Shown here: in pieces, positions 1 through 10,654 of the stretch
Position numbering within the stretch: the first letter of the stretch is position 1
How the letters are laid out: each line of letters starts with the position of its first letter
Assembly: GCF_001194135.2 (NCBI RefSeq)
Contig: NC_068986.1
Location: 70,283,948-70,332,169, forward strand
Reading direction: 5' to 3'
Length of the DNA stretch: 48,222 nucleotides
Source: Octopus bimaculoides
Taxonomy: Eukaryota
Made by a program: the position numbers and the translations under genes
The notes under the pieces: model-generated
Told to the model about the DNA's origin: nothing
Seen by the model: the letters and a program-made list of their open reading frames with translations, nothing else
Database searches by the model: none

Positions 1-38
<38 letters not shown>

Positions 39-118
39 CATATATATATACATATATATAATATATATATACAATATATATGTATATAATATATAATATA
101 TATATACATGTACATATA
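1..118. repeat. (TA)n-rich microsatellite
   Basis: Direct reading of the sequence. Confidence 0.95.
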
Positions 119-671
119 GGCGCGGGAGACGCTGGTGAATTTAGATGTGCGAACAATACTCTTGCATAGATTTTTGTTGTGTGTAAAAACATTTCATCGT
201 TTGAACCTACAACATGTGATTATATTTTGCAAGCTAGATACGATAAAATACTAGAAACATTCGTCAGTATTAAAACTGTACAAACTTGAGCTTTCAAAAC
301 TCCATACTGTGAAAACTTCACCTACTAAGAATTGATTTCCAGATAATACATTTAAATTAAACTAACCAGTTACAAGTAGTTGCCACCTAGTCGTTCCACA
401 TCATCTCTTATTACTAATAACTCTTTGTTCAGTTTCTGGAACACAGTTTCCATCAACACATCAATCAGAAATGTTCGATCTACAACGTTCTCATCATCAC
501 ACATAGTCGTGTGACACAGTACTGCCAACTGTCTGTTAGATGAGTCACTGTTTTCTTTCAATTATTATCCTAACCATTTTAGAAATCAATTTTGTTCATA
601 GCACTAAATGATACTGTCGAAGTATTGATAAGAAAGGGACATCCACACAAGCGCACACACAAACACATACA

Positions 672-810
<139 letters not shown>

Positions 811-942
811 CACACATACCAACTAATACTGATAAATATTCTTTTAATTAGTGCTTGAGGAGAAAGGGACTCGATATGATTCTACAACGGAGCCATTCTT
901 AACTCTTAATTCAGATATATTCATGACTAAATTATTTACATT

Positions 943-1065
943 ATTTAAATTTGACGGATATTTGTCCTCATCTTGTTTGTTGTTAACACGTTTCGAGCAT
1001 ATGGCGTAGTGGTTAAGAGCGTAAGCTGCTAACCCCAAGATTCCGAGTTCGATTCCAATCAGTGA

Positions 1066-1112
<47 letters not shown>

Positions 1113-1311
1113 GTAATGATAATGATAATAATAATGATGATGATGATGATAAGAAGAAGAAGAATTATAATAACATCGAAAAATACTTAAGGAATGAGAA
1201 CCCAGGTTCGAATTTTCCCCCAAGATACCTGATGAAGGCTGGAGAGTATATCAGCCGAAACATTGCGTTAACAACAAACAAGATGAGGACAAATATCCGT
1301 CAAATGTAAAT
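943..1311 (+). mobile_element. tRNA-derived SINE (family D) with internal (AAT)n, a hammerhead-like 3' tail and an inverted copy of its 3' end at the 5' side
   Basis: A box TGGCGTAGTGG 1002-1012, B box GTTCGATTC 1047-1055, (AAT)n/(GAT)n 1070-1170, CTGATGA 1229-1235, GAAA 1257-1260. 943-995 is the reverse complement of 1256-1311. Confidence 0.75.
1224..1269 (+). ncRNA. Minimal type I hammerhead-ribozyme-like motif (degenerate copy)
   Basis: CUGAUGA-A, stem II GGCUG/CAGCC (1237-1241/1252-1256), GAAA-C. Stem III and stem I are mutated here (CAUU GCGUU), but the inverted arm retains GAAACGUGUU. Confidence 0.6.
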
Positions 1312-1505
1312 GATTCCTTATTTGTTAAATAAAGAACTGGAATATTCATTACTAGTTATTCTTAGTTACTGCTCGTATCTTATATAAACTATAATAGTCT
1401 TATTTCGATCCTTTCGTAATACAGTAAAAATTAAATTGCAGGATAATTCGATGTACATGTGTATGATATAGAAATATATAAATATGAATATTGGGGTAAG
1501 TATAC

Positions 1506-1645
1506 ATTAGCGACAGAGGCAATATTAATATCGAGTGGTAATATTTATATCCACTTAAGCATGGATGTTCTGTTAGAACAAACTATACCGCAGTAAATTT
1601 TCTTCTAACAGAACACCCACGTTTAAATAGATATAAATATTACCT
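1506..1645. mobile_element. Fold-back/MITE-like element, internally deleted copy of the element at 32324-32572
   Basis: Arms 1537-1578 and ~1603-1644 are imperfect inverted repeats. Shares the ATTAGCGACAGA...TATTAATA.CGAG left extension with 32324. Confidence 0.7.
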
Positions 1646-1737
1646 GTTGAGGAGAGTGACATGAGGCACAATAGTGTCATGCTAAATGTATTTAGTTTGA
1701 CGTCTCCCAGAATGACCTAACGGAAGTTAGCAAATGA

Positions 1738-1739
<2 letters not shown>

Positions 1740-1768
<29 letters not shown>

Positions 1769-1790
1769 CGTACACAAATACGTACATATA

Positions 1791-1848
<58 letters not shown>
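1740..1848. repeat. (ACAT)n + (GT)n compound microsatellite
   Basis: Direct reading. Confidence 0.9.
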
Positions 1849-1849
<1 letters not shown>

Positions 1850-4145
1850 ATGCATGTAAATTTTGAAAATAATCGTAGTAATATACTATGCAAATGTACC
1901 AAAAATAATTATATTTTACACATTTTTAAAAGAAAAACATAACGAAATATTCCAACGGGTTCGCATTAACTGTAAACTGCTGAAAATACAAGAGACGAAA
2001 ATATATCTGATTTACAAATCTATTTTATGCAATATGTATAGTAAAGTACAAAAAGAAATAAGGTAAAAACTCGATGCCTCTATGAAAATGCGAAACATTA
2101 CAGACGGCAATTATTTTTTTCTGTTTAACTGAAGCCTTTTCCACTATTAATGTCTTATTCAACACTTTTCAATTTGAAAGACAAACGTAAACTAATTTCC
2201 TGCAACCATGTTATTAACCCCATTCAATTTCAAGCGTCCATAAAACAGACCGTTAGTTTCTTGAAATTCTTCTCTATAGGTTGAAAAATGAATTCACAAT
2301 TGATTTTTATAGAAATTTGTTTGTGTGTGTGTGTGTGTGTGTATTTTATATGTATTACCTATTGTATTGTCTTGTAACAGCCTTTCTCTAAACCCATGCT
2401 GAGTTAATCGAATGACTTGTAATATATAATGGATAGGAAGCAAAAAACATTAAGAAAGCAATATCTACAAATCACCGACTGGAAAATATACATTCGTCTT
2501 TTCAGAAGAGAACTATATATTTTCTTCTTAATTCCTGCCGATTTTGTTTTTAAAAACACTTGATTTTTGTTTATTTTATCATCTATATAATCAAATAATT
2601 TCTAAACTTTAAGATTTCATTAAATATTGTTCATATTGTTTTGTGTTGTACTTTTTAACATCTAAAACGTTTTCTCGTTTATTTTGTTGTGGCAATGGTT
2701 AGTTTAATGGCAATGAATAACCATAATTGTTAGTTGTTTCTAGTAAAATATTTAATGTGAAGAATTCTCGTGATCTTTTTCTTTAATTACCGGGGTATTT
2801 TTCTGAGAGATTTCTTTGCTAATATTAGGTCCTATTTTCACTACCCCAAACCTATAATTAAAGTAATGTGGACAAGAACTCAATTTTCAGAAATATCTCG
2901 TCATTGATTTTTACGAACGTCTGTAACAAACATAAGATCAGAGGATCAACTTCCAACGAATGTATCGATATCGCTGTTAGCCTCATTAGTTACAGCTTCA
3001 CTAGTATCGTGAAGCATGGATTTTTATTATGATTATTGATTCTAAATTTAAATTAAGGCATGACTCGTTAATGATATGGTGATTAGTAATGAACCGTATG
3101 AAAGTTTATTTTTATATTGTTTTTTTATTGATCTCTGTGAAATCAAGCTTCTTCTTATCACATGGTGTTTGATGGAGATGTTCTAAACCTCAAGGGTGTA
3201 TTGTGCTCTTCATTACTTATCCATTAAAATCTGCGAACCATACATGTTTAGTTTAGATCTTATAGCTTGTAATGTTTAGCTGCACTTTTTTTCAGATTGA
3301 CGTCAATATGTGGTTATAGCAATGTACGAATGGGAGATTTTGTTGCAATGGAAGTTTTAAAGGAACCACCTTGGCAGGGTCATGGTTATGTAGTCACGAA
3401 TAGTATAGTTTGTGATATACGCTTGTGTCAAGAAGTGGTATACCAGATTCTTATGACTGGGGAAGATTAGGTGTCAATGGAACAAACAAGTTATGGCAGG
3501 ATAAATCCAGCCTCCAAGGAAACTTGTAATAGCAACATTTAGTCCTTACAAAACATCGCAGAAGAATACGATAAACTCAACACCAGTGAGGAGTGAATAT
3601 TTTAATGTTTTGGGTTTTGCCTTTCGTCTGGTAGGGAGAAAAACAAAGTTATATTGTTGCTTTGACAAGAAATGATGAGGTGAAAGTGTGGTATAAGGTG
3701 ATGCAGATAATGAGAGGAAGACGAAGAGAAAGATGATCTTCCAAAAAGTTGAGATCTTGGACCGCTGTTAGAAACAATTGTAAACGAATGGTAGTTTGGT
3801 AGAATCACTAGAGCGTCGGACAAAATTCTAGAAAGTTGAGTAAATATCGCTTTATGGTATTTCTTCCGACACTTTTAGTTTTCAATCCAAACTCTGCCAA
3901 TCCACGGCCCTTAAACAGTTTTTTCTAATACAGACACAGCACCTAAAATTTGGGAATGGGAGTTAATCGATAATATCGACTCCAGTACATGCCTGGTACT
4001 TTATTTTATCAACCTCGGAGGTCAACTTCGACTTTCGAACCTCCAGGATCGCTACATTAGAGTATCGTTCCCTTACGGGGGTCGGTTTAATTGATTAAAC
4101 TTCTCTCGGATTTCAGGCCTGGTGCCTTTATTAAAAACAATTATT

Positions 4146-4322
4146 TAAAGGCAGTCGAGTGGAAGAATTAAGAATCAGAAAAAATGCCTTACGATATTTT
4201 TTCCTGCATTTTACGTTCTGTGTTCAAATACTGCGGAGGTCAGTTTTGTCTTTCATTCTTTCGGTGTCAATGGTATCGACTAAGCCTGCTCCTTCCAATT
4301 ACTAGCCTTGTGCTAAAATGAG
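4146..4322 (+). mobile_element. SINE family B, degenerate copy
   Basis: Matches the AGGCGG..GAATCGTTAGC...GTTCAAAT..GAGGTC..TTTGCCTTTCAT..GCCTTGTGC pattern of the copies at 7517 and 44630. Confidence 0.6.
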
Positions 4323-4410
4323 ACAGAAAACTTTGCTAAGATGCGGCGCAGTGGAATCCAACTCCAAAACAGAGCTATGTGTACGTCCTCGTAACCACGC
4401 AGCCATTCCG
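4323..4410 (-). mobile_element. SINE family A head fragment
   Basis: The reverse complement GGAATGGCTGCGTGGTT...GGATTCCACTGCGCCGCATCTTAGCAAAG resembles the family A tRNA-like head. Confidence 0.5.
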
Positions 4411-4416
4411 TTGTGT

Positions 4417-4419
<3 letters not shown>

Positions 4420-4476
<57 letters not shown>

Positions 4477-4517
4477 ACGTACGCACACACATATGTTTTA
4501 TGTATGTATGTATGTAT
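4420..4517. repeat. (AC)n + (TATG)n microsatellite
   Basis: Direct reading. Confidence 0.9.
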
Positions 4518-4519
4518 CC

Positions 4520-4928
4520 TTTTATTCTTTTACTTGTTTCAGTTATTTTACTGCGGCCATGCTGGATCATTGCCTTGAAGATTTTTAGTCGAACAAATTG
4601 ACCCCCAGGGCTTATCATTAAGCCTAGTACTTACACAATCGGTCTTTTTTGCCGAACCGTTAAGTTACGGGAACGTAGACACACCAACACCGGTTGTCAA
4701 GTGATGATGGGGACAAACAGACACAAAGACACACACACATAGATAGACACACATACACATATATTCGGCGGGCTTCTTTCAGTTTCCGTCTGCCAAATCC
4801 ACTCACAAGGCTTTGATCGGCCCGCGGCTATAGTAGAAGACACTTGCAAAGGTGCCACGCAGTGGGACTGAACCCAGAACCCTGTGCTTGTGAACCAAGC
4901 TTCTTACCACACAGGAACGCCTGCGCCT
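4520..4928 (-). mobile_element. SINE family A, full length (tRNA-like head, central microsatellite, CATGGCCGCAGT...GAAACAAGTAAAAG tail)
   Basis: Colinear with the copies at 6269, 16921, 18366, 20325 and 39279. Confidence 0.9.
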
Positions 4929-4967
4929 ATGTATGTATGTATGTATGTATGTATGTATGTATGTATC

Positions 4968-5160
4968 AGGTCGCTCTTGGGCGCTACTAGTAACATATAA
5001 CCCAGTACAACCTGTTGTATGGTTGGGTCGTCGGCGACTAAACTGGCAATCCCATCAAGCTTGCTTGGTGAGGAGGGTAATTGTTGAATACCTTGCAGGA
5101 CGAAAAGTAAGACCTATCAAAGGGCAGAAGAGCTCATGAGCCATCAACGGCCATCCAACA
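4968..5160 (+). mobile_element. GC-rich repeat resembling an RTE-type 5' UTR, containing a twister-like fold
   Basis: Contains the TAA..GCAATCCCATCAAGCTTGC..TGAGGAGGGT motif. The RTE assignment is from recalled family resemblance only. Confidence 0.4.
4992..5085 (+). ncRNA. Twister-ribozyme-like fold (P1 type), degenerate
   Basis: UAA 4998-5000; P2 CCCA/UGAG; P3 CAACC/GGUUG; P4 GCAA/UUGC closing UCCCAUCAAGC; GAGGG 5073-5077; P1 AACAUA/UA(AU)UGUU. Confidence 0.45.
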
Positions 5161-5197
5161 ATATGTGTACATGTATAAGTATACATATATGTATGAG

Positions 5198-5520
5198 CAG
5201 GGACGTGGAAATACCTGAGTTGGTGTCCAGGCGCGTGGTTGGCCCACAGGGAGTGGCAGGCCCCTCTGTTGTTGTCACAACATCTTTCTGGGAAAGGGAA
5301 ACTCTGAGAGAAAACCTGCGACACTGGCAATATTCGATGATGTAGACTAGTTCTTTTTGAGATTATGTTATCCATATTTAGAGAGTGGGGTTGGATTTGT
5401 GCAATTCCTTTCCCCACTATAAAAACATCATCATGCACAGGTATTACTTCAAAAGAAAAAGTAAGACCTATCACAAAAATGTCTTCGCATGTGCAGGACT
5501 TTCGATCAGGCGATGGCAAT
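5198..5520 (+). mobile_element. RTE-clade LINE 5' UTR-like fragment
   Basis: GGCAGGCCCCT...GGGAAAGGGAAACTCTGA..AAACCT (5256-5317) and GGGGTTGG...CCCCACTATAAAAA (~5387-5424) resemble recurrent RTE 5' UTR motifs (recalled). Confidence 0.45.
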
Positions 5521-5632
5521 ACTTGAACACGAGTTTGCAGCCATTATGTATGTATGTATGTAATAATACAAAGAGTATATATGCATGTATACACACATAT
5601 ATGTACATACTTAAATCTACATGTGTATAGAG

Positions 5633-5760
5633 ATGCATATCAGGGTACAGGACGTTAGAAAAATGAACTACAGACAACGAAACGAACACATAGGAAAACA
5701 GATAGCCACTTGGAATTATTCCTTCATCAGCTACCTCTATTCTAACTAAGCATGTCTCAG
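5633..5760 (-). repeat. Family E short repeat (GAAA...CTGATGAA...CCTGTACCC end)
   Basis: Homologous to 13730-13850, 17430-17570 and 20085-20202. Confidence 0.75.
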
Positions 5761-5784
5761 GATTTTTAATATGTATCTGTTTAC

Positions 5785-7410
5785 ATTTTTTAACATTGCT
5801 GAGGACCCTTTATGATGGGATATTGCTTTCAGCCCTCACATTTTGGTTATCTGTATTTCTAAATCTTTATAACTGGGTAGTTTTTTTTTTCATTGTTTTT
5901 AAATGTATGTTATCTGTTAGAATTGATACGTCGGTTAAAAGACGTTTCTTATCCTGATGAGCTTACACAATAACGTATGAACAAATTTATTTAATGTACC
6001 TTTCTGTTGGCACTAATACAATTCCAGAGTATATCTGTGATGCTTTTCACTATATTTTGTTGTCTTGGGAGGGTCTTGCAAACCAAATACAAAAGCTTTT
6101 GTGGTATATATCTATATCATCTCTTTATATGAGAATATTTTTTTATAAGAGTAATCTCTAATCAATATATGTATCATGCTTATACATACATTCAAAACAG
6201 CTAGAACACCTAGAAACGGTGTGACGGATTAATTCATCGCAACATTAATATATTCTGTAGTTACTATGTCTTTTACCCTTTTACTTGTTTCAGTCATTCT
6301 ATCTGTCCTTTTTGCCGAACCGCTAAGTTACAGGGACGTAAATACACCAACACCGGTTGTCAAGCAGTGGGAGGAACAAACACACATACTATGTATGTAT
6401 GTATGTATGTACGTATGTATACGATGGGTTTCTTTCAGTTTCCATCTAACAAATCCACTCATAAGGCTTTGGTTGGCCCGAGGCTATAGTAGAAGATACT
6501 TACCCAAGGTGCCACGCAGTGCGACTGAATCCGGAACCATGTGGTTGGGAAGCGAGCTTCTTACCACACAACCACGCCTGTGTCTTTCTGCAGTTTTCTT
6601 CACTATACATTTCGATAATTCTTCTAGGAAAGCATTGGCTTTGTACTCCACAAGAAAAAGCCCTTCCATATCAACTTTCAGTCTTACCCTTGTCATCTAG
6701 TGCTGAGTTGTATATTTTTATCCACTTCCATTAAACTGACGGTCATGTAAACGTTTTCCTTAACATGTTATGATATCATGAAATTTTATAATCCCATTTT
6801 CTTCCTAATTTTTTAATAGTTTCTTTTCTGTTTACTTTCCTCGTAGCTGCTTGTTATTTTACTTTCTACTGTATATATGCTGGCTTTCTCAAAGACAGGA
6901 GCAAGTTCTTTGTTTCATTCATATTTTACAACTATTTATATCAGTTTTCATTTGTTATGCACCTTATATTTTGTAGTCCTACACTTGATACTTTATAATC
7001 GTTTTCCATTTTCAGAATACTTCCATATGCCCGTATTCGTGGTAAATGAAATGCTTCCGTGTTGGATTTTGAATGATATATTCTAAATGCAATCAATATT
7101 TTTTTTCTTATTTGCCTTTCTAAACTTGCTGATTTACATAGCTTTTACTTGAAAATATTATAACTCATTACTGGAACAGCTAGAGTATTAATGTTTAGTA
7201 CCTATTTTTTTTCTTTGTATTTATCCGTTTTAAGTGTTATTCTAATGCGCCTATGTTTCTTCTTTTATTTATGTATACTGTACTTTATCTAGTTCATTAA
7301 TTCTTAAGTATTTATAAGTCGATGTTTCGTATAATCTGTTTTTCTGTTTCATTATCTATTAGTGTTCTTTTAATTTGTTTTTTCCAGTTTTTACTGTTAC
7401 TTAGATGCAT
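5785..7410 (-). mobile_element. Decayed Dong/R4-like (RLE-type) non-LTR retrotransposon: RT C-terminus, zinc-knuckle region and restriction-like endonuclease
   Basis: Minus-strand motifs: TYKYLRINELDKVQY, RRIRITLKT..INTLAVPVMSY, HSKSNTEAFHLPRIRAYG, RLKVDMEG, CDELIRHTVSRC..YKHD, ILWN, VIV*AHQDKKRLLTDVSI, KLPSYKDLEIQITKM*GLK. Interrupted by a SINE at 6269-6580. Confidence 0.8.
6269..6580 (-). mobile_element. SINE family A inserted in the Dong/R4-like element
   Basis: Family A head and tail. Candidate TSD TTCTGTAGTT (6253-6262) / TTCTGCAGTT (6586-6595). Confidence 0.85.
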
Positions 7411-7427
7411 CATCTTAACCGCCGCCA

Positions 7428-7456
7428 CCACCATCATCATTATCATCATCATTATT

Positions 7457-7496
<40 letters not shown>

Positions 7497-7512
7497 CCAT
7501 CATTATGATTAT
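7428..7512. repeat. (CAT)n microsatellite
   Basis: Direct reading. Confidence 0.9.
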
Positions 7513-7516
7513 TGTT

Positions 7517-7733
7517 AAGGCGGTAAGCTGGCAGTATCGTTAGCATGCTGGACGAAACGCTTAGCAGTATTTCGCCCGTCGCTACGTTCCGAGTTCAAAT
7601 TTCGCCGAGGTCGACTTTACCTTTCATCCTTTCGGCATCGATAAATTAAGTACCAGTGAAACACTGAGGTCAATGTAATAAACTTGTCCCTTCCCACCAA
7701 ATTTCAGGCCTTGTATCTTTAGTAGAAGGGATT
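7517..7733 (+). mobile_element. SINE family B
   Basis: AAGGCGGTAAGCTGGCAGTATCGTTAGC...GTTCAAATTTCGCCGAGGTCGACTTT...GGCCTTGTATCTTTAGTAGAAGGGATT. Confidence 0.85.
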
Positions 7734-7752
7734 GTTGTTGTTGCTGTTGTTC

Positions 7753-7850
7753 AGGGCGGTGAACTAGCAGAATCGTTAGCGCACAGGACAAAATGCTTAG
7801 CGGCATTTTGTCCGCATTCTGAGTTCAAATTCCACCGAAGTCGACTTCGC
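7753..7850 (+). mobile_element. SINE family B, 3'-truncated
   Basis: Head and B-box region only. Confidence 0.75.
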
Positions 7851-7879
7851 CGGGAACCACTGCTCTAGAGATATCTGAT

Positions 7880-9150
7880 TCCTTTTTTAAAATGAAGTCG
7901 CACCGTCAGAATAGCAGGCCTGGAATTAGATTGGAACTTCTCATCCAAGGTACACCAAAACCCATTGACAAAATTTCATATTTTATCGATTTCCTAAGTG
8001 TACACCCATTGTACATTATGGTAGAGAAGACCAAAATTATTACATATATTTTAGCAGCAATCACTTTGAGTCTTTTTCACCACAACAATAAAGGGAAACG
8101 AAAAGAAAGCCCAGATATTTGTCGACCAAACATCAAAAGTATACAACAAAACCAACAACAAAAATCTACCATAAGTGCAGCAGTAGCAGCAGAGACAGAT
8201 TAAACTACAACAGCAGGGGCAAAAAGAAGAACAACTATTATAAAAGTAGCAGCAGAAACATGAAACACTACAACATCTCCAACAACAACAAGTATTCCCA
8301 AAGCAGCCACGGTTCCGGCTACAAAATCAGCCTTCAAAGACAATCTTCCAGCAATTACCTCAAATCTCATCATAGCAAACCACAAACGCACACATAGTAA
8401 CAGACTCCCCTCCAACTCTTCTACTACAGAATCTTGTCGAGTGACCAATACCTAGGCAATAAACCAAAATAAAGAAGTCTGTGACAGGCGTAAGAGTAAC
8501 ATGAAAAGAGCAGCAGCTCCTAGATGAAAATGGTTATATTTAAAGGGTGATTGAATTGTTCCAGTCCCGCAACAGCCCACACCACTACCACAAATAGAGG
8601 AGCAACAAAAGTAACTACAAGTTGAACAAAAATCGCAAATCACAAAAGAAAGTAAAGAATATCAATTAAACTGCCGACTACAACAACGACAGCAAAGCAC
8701 ATACGATAAACTCTCCTACTTCAGCATTATTGTTGCTCGGAATAGAGACATAGAATTCACGAGTTAGATTACAAACAACAGAAAACGTTCACCAATGGGA
8801 AAGGCTTTAAGAAGCTTTGCCCCAAAATTCCCAAAGACAGATTACGCAAACAGACTTCCAAAAACGAAGGTAATAAAAAGGAAAATTATCCCTTTGACGT
8901 TGAGCTTTTTAGAAAAGCGACCAACTAATTTTTTTTTAAAGCCCTTCGATACACCTCTTTCTCAACCAGCGAGAGGTCTGAATCAACCAACGTGAATGAC
9001 CTCCATTCTCATTTTTCCGACAAATATGTTTGTACTTAGAATGGAAAGTATGTGTGTGGCTTGTGATCAACTTGGAAGCAAGGTTACTTACTCAATAACA
9101 TCAAGTCATGAGACATAGACGTGATAGCCATTATAGAGATATTCAGAAAT
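7880..9150 (+). mobile_element. Decayed L1/Tx1-like LINE: ORF1 3' part plus start of the ORF2 AP-endonuclease
   Basis: ORFs 7892-8203 and 8795-8995 share one frame, with a T/A/S/P/Q-rich bridge broken by only a few stops. It is followed by VCGL*STWKQGYLLNNIKS*DIDVIAIIE (~9050-9140), an APE N-terminal motif. Confidence 0.6.
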
Positions 9151-10009
9151 GTTTCAAATTGTTGGCAACAGTGCGAACAAACGGTGAGATTTAATAATTT
9201 TACAGCTTTTAGTCACGATAAATTCCCTTATCGAACATATGTTGCCTGTTTATGATTCTTGTATTTATAACTGTATTTAACACCTAAGATGTTGATTCTG
9301 TGAGTCAGCTTTTAAATAATGTCATGAAAGCAAATCAGGATAACTAAAGTTTGTGAAGCCGTTCTAGCAATTACTTCTTCCACTAATTTAATTTGAATCT
9401 TAGTAACTTGAAAAGAAAAAATCTTCAAAGGTGTAATTTAAAAATCATTTGATGTGCTATTTAGTTACAGGTCCATTTAATTTTCTTATTTGCTGAATTT
9501 TAAATTATTCGTCTATGTTTCGATATATTTCGGTCTTGAAATAAGTCTTTAGAGCTTCCGTCGGGAGTTTAACTTACATTTCCATTACTTGGTCCATCAC
9601 ATTATCGCTCTCACTATATAATTTGAAATTTTCAATCAGCCTAAAATTGGCGAACCAACATTTTACGTGCAATCTTCCATTTCATTGTGAAGTCATGCGA
9701 AATAATTTGTTTGCTACGGTGTTATATTTTGTATACGATCCGTGTAATAATACTAAGAACTTTCATAATCTAGGGTTTTATTTCAGCTGTATTTCTCATC
9801 AACTTAAAGCTTAATTAGATTTTTTAGTAAACTTTCTATTAAGACTTACATCCTTACCTAAAATTGATTGTGAAAAGTTATTGCATAGTTCTTATCTTCA
9901 ATATACTTCACTCTACCACTAATTTGCATATTATTTCCAACAAATCCTTTTGCGCTCAAATGTATCTTCACGAACGTTTCAATAATTTACTTTTCTTTGT
10001 CAATCTACT

Positions 10010-10200
10010 TCAATCTGTTTCTTTATATATATATCTTCCTCTCTCTCCTCTCTCCATTTCTCTCTCCCTCTTTCTCTCTCCCTCATTGCATTTTCTCCCT
10101 TTATCTCTCTCTCTTGTGATATTCTCTCTCTTTTTTCCTCTCCCTCTCTCTTTCCACCTACTTCTCTCCTTTTTTCCTATCTATCTTTAACATATTCCCA
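10010..10200. repeat. Polypyrimidine CT-rich low-complexity tract
   Basis: Direct reading. Confidence 0.8.
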
Positions 10201-10654
10201 TTTCTTCCTTTTCTTATATCATAATTACTACTTTTTTCTGTTACTTTATTATTTTGCACACCATTTCTATCATTCTCCCCCTTTTGGTGTCAATCAAGTA
10301 AATAAGTACATGCCAAAGGTTAGAATAGATTAAAGTAAATCCTTGTTCAGAATTCCGACGAAATAACTGACAAGATATAATCTGTAAAGTGGAATAATGA
10401 CTAGGATAGTCGTCTAAAACATAAAACTAGGAAAAAGAAAAGAAACCATTAATTATGATATACGACATGTTCAGGTGACAGAAGAAATAAGTGTATGTAA
10501 TTATATACAGAGTCGTTAAACTAAAATAACTAATGCTTCGGTATTTATGAGTAAAAATCATTGAAATATCAAAAGATAAAGTTTACCGTCATAGTCAGCA
10601 GTTTCGCTACGAAAAGATACCAACCAGTATGTATTCCTTTTGAGCACTTCAACG

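Noticed and set aside
1000-1070. tRNA-like A/B boxes (also 28700-28760)
   Set aside because: No acceptor stem or complete cloverleaf, and followed by repeat bodies; these are SINE heads, not tRNA genes.
5055-5519. 154-aa minus-strand ORF as a host gene
   Set aside because: Spans a microsatellite and two repeat fragments; no recognisable domain or splice structure.
5953-5990. CTGATGAG followed by a GCTTA..TAAC hairpin, hammerhead-like
   Set aside because: No GAAA follows, and it is the antisense of Dong/R4-like coding sequence (AHQDKK).
9560-9970. Minus-strand coding-like stretch
   Set aside because: Multiple stops and no motif I can name; left unassigned.
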